Origin: Balanoglossus misakiensis
Lineage: Eukaryota; Animalia; Hemichordata
Assembly: GCA_040954595.2 (NCBI GenBank)
Contig: CM082594.2
Location: 11,474,276 to 11,538,275 of the forward strand
DNA length: 64,000 nt
Direction of reading: 5' to 3'
In this document: positions 53,391 through 64,000 of the stretch, in pieces
Layout of the letters: each line of letters opens with the position of its first letter
How positions within the stretch are numbered: position 1 is the first letter of the stretch
Notes under the pieces: generated by a model
What the model was told of the DNA's origin: nothing
Database searches by the model: none
Seen by the model: only the letters and a program-made list of their open reading frames with translations
Program-made: the position numbers and the translations under genes

Positions 53391-53479
53391 AGGACAGTCA
53401 CCCCCGGACATCTACCAACCGGACACTTATTTTATAACCTTAGCCTTGACTTGTGGTGCTGTCCAGGGGGAACCGTCCT
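53391..53479. mobile_element. Short inverted-repeat (MITE-like) element remnant
   Basis: Left arm AGGACAGTCACCCCCGGACA matches the reverse complement of the right arm TGTCCAGGGGGAACCGTCCT at 16/20 positions; degenerate internal TAACCTTAGCCT spacer. Confidence 0.45.
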
Positions 53480-56400
53480 GGTCCCGAGCAAACTAGTTTG
53501 AAATGACAGTGTCACTTCAGTGAAGAAAACGTGAGGCGAAACCGAGAAATCTTTTGTACCGTGACGCTCACGGGATCCAGGACGATATTTTAACAGAAGG
53601 TCATATCAGGGCAGACTATCTCCGAGTCCCCATTTTTGCAATCAACTCGCATTTCCTGGTCGGCAGAATGGCACGTTAGCCGACCAAAGAATGCTGTCGT
53701 TTGAAGACGAAGCGATGAAATCGAACAAGCTAAATATGAAACAGGACATTTCCGTTCCACAAAAGATTCAATTTCTGAATTTGCCGAAGGACTGTACTGT
53801 TGTAATTGTCACAATCGGTTTCTTTATTAACAATGTTATTTTTATTATCCTAATTAATGAAATAATTTCCCTTGCTTTCAAACGCTACAAAAGATAGCCT
53901 TAATCGAATTCTGGATCCGTTCATTCTACTTTTCCTCCCTTTTTAACGCCGATCAATGCATAGAAAAATACGTTAAATTTTTAAAACCTGCAAAATTGTC
54001 GCATCCGCAGTTTTGTCACTTATACTGAGACATGAGTCGGTCGCGGGACTGTCTATATTTCTCTCTCGATATTAATTTTTAAATAACGTGATCGAGGAAA
54101 AATTGAGTCTATTGAATGACTATCGCGACTGCTTGCAAAGAAACCCGTCAAAACAATTAAGGGTCATGGCGAATTATTAGTGATAAGGGAAGAGAGTTTA
54201 TAGAAGGAGATTAATTTGAACCCAAATACGACGTTTTATTAATATTTGCTGTTTATACTGGTTTCAAGTAACACTTCCATACATTACTGTTGTACCTCCC
54301 TTATCACACCTATTCATATGTAAATGAGGAGCTGCAACCCAACCACCTGCAAGTAATTCATTTCACTCACGTGACTCAATTATGTCCATGTACCACTGTC
54401 TTCCTCAACAATTCCGCCCTGTCTGTATCCGTTACTGGTGCCGAACCCTCGCCTACTAATATAATAATGTCCAATTCGAATCTTTAAATTCTTTTGTTAA
54501 GAAAACCACATATCTTTTCAGTCTCATTTCCCTATTCTCTTTGCTAGTCGCTATCATGCGCCAAAAACAAAAAGGGCTACAGTATTTTTTCCATTTATTG
54601 ATTCCGAATCTGAGCCATGCTTCGTTTCAAGATCTGGACGTACTTATATATTCTTACTGCAAACGAACTGCATAAATCGTCGCCAATATTCCATCCAATT
54701 TTTACCTATTCCACAAATGCAAATGCACACTCGAATGAAAAGCCCAGGCTTCACTTCAAGGTTTTACAAACAAAACAAGTTGTCAAGATAATGGACTACT
54801 AACGCTTGGAGTTAAAACCGTAGCCCAATGACCATATTCAAGTTAAGAGAAAGCGGAGTGCTCAAAGCTATATTTTTGCGATCGTCGACAAGCATCGCCG
54901 AAATTTGATGCGGCGTGATTTGGAAAATCAGATGAATAGAAATAAAGTAATTAACTAGGTTGGCAAGTTTACAAAGATAACACATGACAGCCTCATTTTC
55001 AGCTTAATTTTATTCATCGACGTTAATTAAATTGGCCATAATTTATTTCAATCATATACTTGAGTGTTCCACTGCTTATCTCATCTGTCGATCTTCCTGT
55101 GTTACTGTTTCTCATTTAAAGTTATGAAAAAAACCTTAATAACACACTTACAGTCAGTATTTTTGATATCCTAGAAGCACATATCGTCTTTGCCTTAAAG
55201 AAAATCAATTTCATTTTTCCCTCGTGGCCTGGTTTGTTTTTAAAAGGATTCGTACAAAACGCGTGATCAGACGACACACTGTGGCATCTATGGCAGTCAC
55301 CTGTTACTTTATGAATAATTTAGAATCGCTATTTTGTTCAGAGACACCACCGCTAGACTTCCAGTGGAGGTTTTGTCATAAAATCTCGTGAAATGAAACG
55401 CTTTCTCTGATCTAAAGCCCCAGATTCGATCGCCATGTGAATTTGCAACGCATGGTTACCGACGTTGTGTTTTAGCCTTTTGTTGCGTATGCAAAACAGT
55501 TTCAGGGACAACTTAGAGCGAGCAATTGTTAAGTGAAACACGGAGCTGGTGACGGTTTATCGATGGATTGAAAGGAAAACAGTTATGGCTTTGCTAAACA
55601 CTCGGGTTTATTAATATTTTTGTCTTGACTGTGCGTCTAAGGGTGTGTCCATCATAACTTCAGGGGGGCGGGCTGTCGGGAGCTGTTAATTTTTCATAGT
55701 AGGGGAAAAAGCGGGTTTCGTATTTAGTCTTCTCCCTCCTCTCCCCTCTCTCTCTCCCGTCTACGTGACTTCATGTCCAATGACCTCCCTCCCTTCGCTC
55801 TCTACCCTCTCTATCTGGCTTCCCAACAACGTGATTGACTGACTGTCGACCACTCACCACTCTTGCCTAACTACCTCTCCGCATCGCACTTCCTAACTTT
55901 ATACAAGAAATGAGTCGATGTTTTACCTGTATATCACGTGACACACGGCTGCAGGAATGGCGAAATGACGACACGCTAGGTATAGTGGTATAGATGTGGA
56001 ACCCTGTAAAAACAAACGAAGTCAAATTTACCAATGATTAAAGTCTCCACCCAGCAAAATGAAGTCTGAAACTATTTGCCAGATTAGGGCCCAACATGTG
56101 AAGCTCGAGCGAGCCTAATTTGACACTGAGTCGAAAGTCTTTTCATAGGCAGAGACACCTTGGCAACAATACTTGCGGTTCACAACTGACCATGATTGGA
56201 ACGCAAGTCTGATCAAGATATAGACCTCAAAATGGGGACTTAATATGCCGAGGAGTTTTCAAGGTCAAATATTGTGTTACCCCCGTGTCCCTTTCACAAC
56301 GAACAAGTGCAACGACGACGCTGTAAATAGTAGAAACCGACAATAACATTTCTTGGCTTTGTTTAAACACTGGTGCCTAACGGGCATGGATGAGTGGAAT

Positions 56401-59400
56401 TCGACATCTTACTGAGGGTCCATTAGTGAGTTTTATTGGCAATCCCAATTTCTAAGATGACAAATTACTTGTAATTTAGAAGGAAATTTCTTAAGCTCGG
56501 TCTCTGCTTGAAATGTGCACCTGGAGAGGAGGGTCACTCATGTGGCAAAAACTTTAAACTGATTAATTATACAAGAGGTTGTAACTATGGGAAACTTTCC
56601 GAAAACTTCTATCGACTTTAAATACCAACTTCCGTCGAAACGACGCAAACATCTGGGAGCTGAAGTTTGGTTCTTGTGTTTTCGTCATCTCCACGAAGTT
56701 GTCCCCCCGAATTGCCTTTGGGTCTGTGTCGGTTTCGCGTTTACGAACCTGCTTCTGTCAATTTAAGTTACTTCTATCATTGTTTTCCACGTACAAGAAC
56801 TGTTATCAAATGCACAGTTGGGTCAAACACCGAGGCTTGGGTTGTGACTAATAGTCAAGCGCTTTTGTCTGAAGCATATGTACAATGTATGAAGCTATTA
56901 TCGTTGACTTAAGGACCTGACGACAAGAAATTACCTTTCATTCTCCCTGTCATAGACAGCCTTTGTTCGTGGCTGATTTATCACGCCCGTTGTTGATTTT
57001 TCTCCCTCTCCCACGCTTTTTAAGACGCAATTTCTCCCCTTGAGGCATTCCTTGACACGTGACCTGGTCAAGAGTGACCGTATGGGCTATGTCCGTGTCG
57101 TGTGCCTTTCTTTGTTGTGGTTGATTCTTATGTACATTCTCCCTTTTGTTGCAAGTCGTCAACATTTCGCGAGGAAGGTTTTGTCCGGGCCACAAATGAC
57201 GGGTTTTAAAGAGCGATTTACAAATGAATCTTTAAACACAAAATAGAAAAGACGACAACCGCAAAGACGATCTCAAAATAGTTGAATTTCACATTCATGA
57301 CGAAATGTAATTTATGGAGAGGATCTTTAATCAGACTTTTATTTCCCCATTATATTGGTAAATGTTAATAATGAAGGAGACATCCAAAACAAATATAGTA
57401 CAAGTAATAAACAACACCTTTACGAACAATCCTGTGACAAGTAGACTAATATCGCTAACTCAGAAAACCATGTGTTATGCAAGAATGGGTTTGCTATAAG
57501 GTTAAGATTAATTGAAACTTGGAGGCAAAGCTGAACAGGAAATCCACGAAACTTCGACTCTTTTTAAGACTTCCGAAGTTTCAAGTAAGCAACAGGCGAG
57601 CACCTGCAAGTCGGGCAATTCATCAAGATTGAGTTTCCACACCGGAAGTGGTCGATTGCAGACCCTTGACACCTCAGCGGAAATACATGGCACCGATTCC
57701 GTACCACAAGTTTTCATTATGCATAAAAGGTTATTAAATTGTACTTTCTGACGTCACATTTTGTGACATGCGCATTAAAAATGCACAGCAGGGCTGAAAG
57801 GTGGGAACAAAACTTCATTCCGGACAAAACTAGTCAAAAGTTCTTTGTAGAAGTTGCCCAAAATATTGGCCGACGGAACAGTCAGAGAATATGGGACAAT
57901 ACAAGGGCAGAAAAGGGTATCAATTTTTAACACATCCCCTTGTGATTAGTCGCTCTCCCGACTAATGAGTATTAATCTTGTCATATTGATTAAAGGCAAA
58001 CAAATCGTGTATCATCTGTTATCTGGGTGCTTGCTCTGCAATTAGGCTGAATTGTGCCATTAAGCGTTTCTTTTGTTTCTTTAGTGGTCTTATCGATCGA
58101 GTCAAAACATTCCATCAATTTGCTTTGCTTTGCAACGAAATTCACTCGTTCGTTCACTGAGGTTCCGTGGCGCATGTATATGCGATCACAATCCCCCTCC
58201 TGTACGTGATGCGGTGCATATGCGTGCTCGCATGTTTGTTTATATGTGTCGCGTGCGAGTGCGTGTGCGTTTGTTCAGTTTGAGAGCACGCAATGCCGAC
58301 ACTCCCCCAGGACTAGTGTCCTGGCTGTAGATACAGTCCATCATCAAAAGTTAACACATCGCACATCAAAAGCCGAGAATGTGGCGAATCAATTGAAGAA
58401 AAAAAGAAAACGCTTCTTTGGGGATTTTTCCTGGCATGACGTAAGCGCTTCCTTTCAGACAAAATGCATTCAGTCGAAAGGCACACTCTAAAACTGATCA
58501 ATGTTTGACCTCTGTCGCCTGACAATTATATTTATTTTCTGAGGGTATCTACTAATTGAAAATCGCGGGAAACTTCAGCTGGTTGACAGGCGGTCCGTGT
58601 TATTTTCTGTATAACACCGAAAGTGCATGAAATAATATGGTCGATAACGGTTTGGTCGGTTCGACAATGTTATTAATAGCACAGTAGCGATAAGTATACG
58701 ATTGGAAATAATTTTCATATAATCATTTTATTTTAACACAATTCTGATTTTATTGGTTGTAAAGTAAACCGTTGACGATGGCGCCGGGAAAGATGAGTAA
58801 ACCAACGGAAAACGATATTTTCGATATTGATTTTTTACTTGATTCTCTTTCTGTATGTGATCATGGCTTACTTTCAACTGGGCGAATATCAGGCTAACTT
58901 CGGGGAATTTTGACATTTGCTTTTCGCTTATGTGCTCTCGTTTTACCCCAGAAATTTCTCTTGGCAGATTTCTTGTTTCCATGGCGGCCTGCGACCTACT
59001 CCGTCGCCTTGACAGTGAACATCTGTCTGCTCTCTCCAAGTTGCGACCGTGCCTGGACGCATGCGTAGCCTCTCCATTTTGCGAAAAATTATTGAAAATC
59101 GTTTTGTTAATGACACTGGGATTTTATCGATTCACCCCGTAGCTTATTTGGAACACTAATGATTCCCTTGGTCTACATTGTTAAGTTCAACGTAATTGCT
59201 GTCAGTTTGATTCGCACGTCGAAATTTAGGAAAAGGATAGCCACTCGACAGTTGTCTTTCGGTCTTACAGACCCAAAAAAGTGAAGTCATGTCATATTGT
59301 AAGTTTGGGACTGGCACAATTAAAACGTGGTTCTTGTTTACATACTTTGGTGACCATGTGCTTAAGTTGTTTTTAATTTTATTAGCAAACGGATATTACA

Positions 59401-59940
59401 TTCATGATTTATCAAGCCATTGAACAAAATTGATTAACACGTTTAGCGTTTAAAGAAAATGCTATTTAAAAACTGGGCAGGTTGGCTATGACTCTGACAA
59501 AATAGCTTTCGGGAAAATGTCTGGTTTATACATGTACAGTGGAAATGAAATGTTTTTTCTTATATTTTAAGTTTTTTCTACCTGGTAAGAAACGAGAATT
59601 TTATGAGGTATCTACGGCTGTGATTTTCATTGTGCAATATCAAGTTAAAACCCAAAGTCGTGAACTTGAACTCGGGACATTTGGACGACAAAACTTTCCG
59701 CCATCGACCATTATCGTTGCCGCCCAAGTCGGCAGTTTCTAAATTTTCGACAGGGACAAAATGGCCATGGTTGGCGACGCTGAGTATCTAACCGAAACCA
59801 CTTAGTCTAGGCTACAGCCGACTGGGTCTTTTCTGGTCTCTGAATGGAACCTATATACAGTCTGCTAATGATACTGTTAAAGTTCGACGAAGAAAGGCTC
59901 AGTGACTGACAGGCGCTCTGCCACGCGACACCGTCGTCCA

Positions 59941-60160
59941 CCATTGTTCAGCTCACGCGCATAATTTACACATACCCACTCCTGGCCAATCGGAACGCCT
60001 ATGCAAATAATACATGTCAACAGTCAGTCCGGAGTCGACAGGCAAAATGGTTGAGTTGCTATCTTAGGCCAGCCCAAATTATATAAGCGAGTTAATAACT
60101 GTCGGGGGAGGGGACACGACACAACCCTATTTCAAGCATTTCACAAGATTCGCTATATAA
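59941..60160 (+). promoter_or_regulatory. Putative Ro proximal promoter
   Basis: Sox-type CCATTGTT 59941-59948, CCAAT 59986-59990, octamer ATGCAAAT 60001-60008, TATATAA at 60080-60086 and 60154-60160, all upstream of ATG 60227. Confidence 0.6.
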
Positions 60161-60226
60161 AAAGGAAGCACATTAATTGAAGGTAACAGATTTTTGGAGG
60201 ACTTTGCGAGATCGACTGTAGACGAG

Positions 60227-60626
60227 ATGGCACTTGACATAAAACCTCCGAAGTCGACATCGTTGGACAGCGGCACACCATCCAGTGAATCCAGATGCAG
60301 CAGTCCTGTTTCGTCGTTGACGTTGACGAAAATCAAATCGCAGACAAGTGAAGAACCCCGTCTGTCAGCATTTACAAGTATCACCAACGCCAACAACAGA
60401 ACAAGCAAAGACCTGGCCACTTCGTCGTCGTCGTCGTCGCCGTCAGCCAGCAGTTCTTTCACGACCATCTCACGATCTCTGCACGAGCAGGCCAGCAGTT
60501 TCCAGGCGTACCAGACCATGCTCAAGACGGCCACTTCCACGCCGTTCCCGTACACAGAGATGCAGAGAAATATACCGACCTTAAACCAAAGCTCGGGGCT
60601 CCCATTTGCCCCTGCGGCAACGATCT
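60227..60626 (+). CDS. Ro: Ro coding exon 1 (Ser/Thr-rich)
   Basis: GAGATGG start context, open frame to the phase-1 donor T|GTGAGT; lies just downstream of CCAAT/TATA elements. Confidence 0.85.
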
Positions 60627-63083
60627 GTGAGTTCCTCTAACTAAGTTCTGTTGCATTATCGATACAATTCGAAAGATTTACGGGACAATTAGACCTCCTT
60701 TGTCTGTATAATACATTCGGTTGACCACGCATGCAAACAAAACCAAAATATCCTCCAGTCGCAAAAAGCGGATAAACAATCAAAAGTGTATATGTGATCG
60801 AATAACTGAAACTAAGAAAAATTGATATCAGTTTGTTTCGTTTGTGGACAAAACGCGAGTTGACGAAATTAACTCGGAAACATGTTGGAACAATATGGGT
60901 GCTTGTTATGATAATTGTCAATCGCGCGATAAGATCGGACTCATTATGAGGCTCTAAATTCATGAGAAACGACATCCGAACCTGAAAAGTGAAAGCGTAT
61001 TCAAACGAGCGAGTGTTGCTACAGATATATCGGTGTGCAGAAACATAACACTGAAATGAATTTTAATTGTTTTAAGATTTTAATTGTTTTCATGGTTCAA
61101 AAACGCAGTCTTCGCCTCAATATGTTTCAGTGGATTTTACAACCATGATTTATTTGTCGAATGCGATCACTGAAGTCGAAAATCCCTAACGACGATTTTG
61201 TTGATGTTTTCTTGTCGTTTGTCCCTTCTAAAAGTTTCCCCTTTATAATAATTTTCCTTTTTGGTGTTTTTCACTTGACAGTTGCCAGACGGCGGCGGAA
61301 AGAGAACCGTCCACGACGACAGAGAACCACATTCACCAGCGAGCAAACACTCAAACTGGAAATGGAGTACCACAGGACCGAGTACATCACCAGACCCAGG
61401 AGATTCGAGCTGGCAGAAATGTTGGACTTGACCGAAAACCAAATCAAAATCTGGTTTCAGAACAGGAGAGCCAAAGACAAGCGAATCGAGAAAGCACAAA
61501 TGGACCAGCACTACAGGTAAACGGATTGGTTGCTTCGTAAATTTGTCAGTGAGGTTGAAACGGCTAATTTGATTGGCCTTGGATTGTATGTTTACACCCA
61601 GTAGTCCCATAGATGACTCCGCAACCCTAAAAAAGTGAACCCCGAATGAAGTTTTGCACCAGTTTCTTTTTCTTTTTACGTTTTCGCCAGACCACGTGAC
61701 CACGTCCGAGACTTTGTCGATACTGACAGCTTGTGATGAACTTCAACTAGTCTCTTTAAAAACTGAACTGTTTAGTTCCACCCGTTTAAATCGTGCCCAA
61801 TTTCTTCCACCGAATGGGCACGAAATTTGCCTGACACTAGAACTAATTCGCCCCGAGTGAAAAGTACATGATACGGTGACCTTCAATTGAAAGGGTCTTC
61901 TTGTTTTGGCAAATGAATGGTCCAACAGCCGACGGCACTAGTTTCAAAGAGAGTAATCCCCACTTGAATATATGACACGGGGCGCGTACTACCATTAAAT
62001 TAGTTCATTTGCTCTAATGAACCCTTTGGCGTTTGGAGACCCGAAGCTCTCGATTTCTACGACCTGCCCTTCTTCGTTTCATTTTCTGCTTTGATGTCAA
62101 CACAAAATCTCAATCATTAACAGAGGTTAAGTGGCCCGCACAGATCTCGAATCTAACCAAGGAGTTTTTCTTTGAAGTCCAGCTTTTGAAAAGGGCTACT
62201 TTTTGTAGACTTAATTATGCTTTCTCAAGTGCTGTCTCCTCATCCTTCTGTTCTTCACCCGCCATTTTGAAACTTTTTTACCGTCTGTTACCCACTTTCT
62301 CGCAAAAACTGACCATCGCCTCTGTTTTCTTCCTACTGGGATGAAACTGTGTTTTCTTGATTAAATGTTCACATGTATTCATGATGATGCATTTCCACTT
62401 AAGATTGAAGTACTTAATTTTGACTATTATTCACTACAAGTCGCCTGATAGCGCCCACGCGCGCTCCAGGAGTTTCAAGTTAACTAGATATTGTCACGCA
62501 TCTTGTTCTGCAGCTGAACTCTTTCGGTTAAGAGGCCCCTGTGAATAAGTAAAAGCCTGATAAATATCTTGGTCTTTTTTTCCGTCTGGCATCATCATGT
62601 TAAGATTATTTTGTCCCTTTAATCAAACAAAGACAAGCACGGGCAAGTTGCTGATTGTGGGGATGCATTTGTTTTCTCGACAGACTTTGTAACTATGTCT
62701 CCCAAAAGAAAGCAATAAAATACAGCCTGCTCTCGCGTTAACGTCAATGCCAACATAATCAGTCGCGACAGAATTCCTCCAGAATTCAGGGTTGTACGTG
62801 GCCCACCTCTGTCCATCAATACAAAGTAACACCCTCCCTCTGCTTCTACGACTGTCCGTAACAGAAACTCGGATTGTCAATTTTCGTAACATTTTAACAC
62901 GTTTCCTTTCCTCCTCTTTTTAACCCCTGAAGGTGTATGGGTCTGGCACCCCCTGGCAGCGCCTACCCGCTGGGTTCACCCTACCCGGGGGCCTTTTGTG
63001 GAGCCTGCTACTACAAACCAACAACGACAATATCAACAACGATGGCACACAGCGGCGTACCCCACCCTTACCCGTTGGTGTAA
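60227..63083 (+). CDS. Ro: Rough (Ro) homeobox protein, 261 aa; exons 60227-60626, 61282-61516, 62933-63083
   Basis: Homeodomain [69 protein letters not shown] closely matches Drosophila rough as recalled (RRQRTTF..EQTL.LE...[18 protein letters not shown]). Ser-rich exon 1; GT-AG introns with consistent phases (1, 2). Confidence 0.94.
61282..61516 (+). CDS. Ro: Ro coding exon 2 (entire homeodomain)
   Basis: Pyrimidine tract and ACAG acceptor; donor AG|GTAAAC. Confidence 0.95.
62933..63083 (+). CDS. Ro: Ro coding exon 3 (Pro/Tyr-rich tail)
   Basis: Long pyrimidine tract then GAAG acceptor; phase-2 continuation [28 protein letters not shown]...PYPLV-stop. Confidence 0.8.
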
Positions 63084-64000
63084 TGATATTCGTTGATGTG
63101 ACTGTGTGTGTTTCTGTGGAACAAAGAAGATATGCCGTTGTTCTACGGAAACAATTGACGCATTGTTTAACTCCGCGTTGACAATGAGGGCCACCAGGCA
63201 ACCCAACCACGAACAATGTACAACGAAAAAAAAGAAGATATTGATCCGTGACATATATTTATCCGTTCTGTAAATTTCCCTTCAGACTTTGTATAAAATC
63301 AACTATTTTTTCAGTGTTTTGAGTGAGTTTCCGTTTCTTTTCAATATTGATTATCTGTTTTGTTTACAAGTGGAAATGGACGACACCACTTATCCATGAC
63401 GATGTCATCAGAGTTTTTTATTCATGGCAGAAAGAAAGACAACAATTTGGAAAGACAACTCGTTTTTTTTCATCAAAGTGGTTTAAAGAAATGTAAAAAC
63501 TATTTATTGTTATTTATAGTAATTAAATTATGACCGTTCTTGAAATTAGAGTGTGATGGTGGGTTTGATTTTTTTGTCGGTGAAACGTTTAACACACGTA
63601 TCAATAACAGGGGTGGTGAGAGACGTATTTTTAGAATGAGTGTCGACTTGGTGTCCGCATTATGCACGCATGGCTAGGCCTATTCACCACCACGCTTAAC
63701 ACACAGTCGGTTTACAAAGGGCGGCCTTGCTGGGACGGGCAGAAATACAGCGAGATGGGTAAAAGCCGCTGGCGAGAACGGTATCCAATCGCCCGGCCGT
63801 GTGCTTAAGTGTCATACATGCAAAAACAGACGAAAAAAAATCTTAATTTGTCGTCATCTCGGAAATGCCAAAATAAGAAGATGGAGAGGCGCGCTGCGGG
63901 CCCCGCCAACGAGTCGCGGAATATTTAATGGAGGACTGGATCGCTTGCTGTGTGCAAACGACGAGCACGGGAAATAGACAGGTGGTTACCGGGCCGACTC

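Noticed and set aside
55638-55715. G-rich segment (TAAGGGTGTGTCCATCATAACTTCAGGGGGGCGGG) resembling a MITE terminus
   Set aside because: No matching opposite terminus found.
60127-61703. Antisense ORFs of 142 aa and 178 aa over Ro exons
   Set aside because: Shadows of the real coding strand with no recognisable protein features.
1-64000. Prokaryotic systems (CRISPR arrays, operons, defence islands)
   Set aside because: The sequence is intron-containing animal DNA and no repeat-spacer array was seen.

Overview
Eukaryotic, spliced (GT-AG) animal DNA, roughly 40% GC by eye. It is most likely from an invertebrate deuterostome such as a hemichordate, echinoderm or amphioxus; this is an inference from the presence of rough (lost in vertebrates) alongside melanoregulin and a vertebrate-like HUS1 exon layout. 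The first ~14 kb is a compact cluster: an intronless insulin-superfamily gene (-), HUS1 (-, 8 exons), tRNA-Arg(CCG) (+), melanoregulin (+, 5 exons) and an unrecognised 649-aa Q-rich protein gene (-, 5 coding exons). The remaining ~50 kb is a homeobox regulatory landscape with no recognisable transposon ORFs. It holds Mnx (-, 3 exons, 11.5-kb first intron) and rough/Ro (+, 3 exons) as a head-to-head pair 17 kb apart. Its non-coding DNA carries many TAAT sites, RFX X-boxes, TCACGTGA E-boxes and several CTCF-like motifs. Gene models were assembled by hand from splice sites and reading-frame continuity; family assignments are from recalled protein motifs, not database searches. Most short ORFs in the supplied track are spurious.
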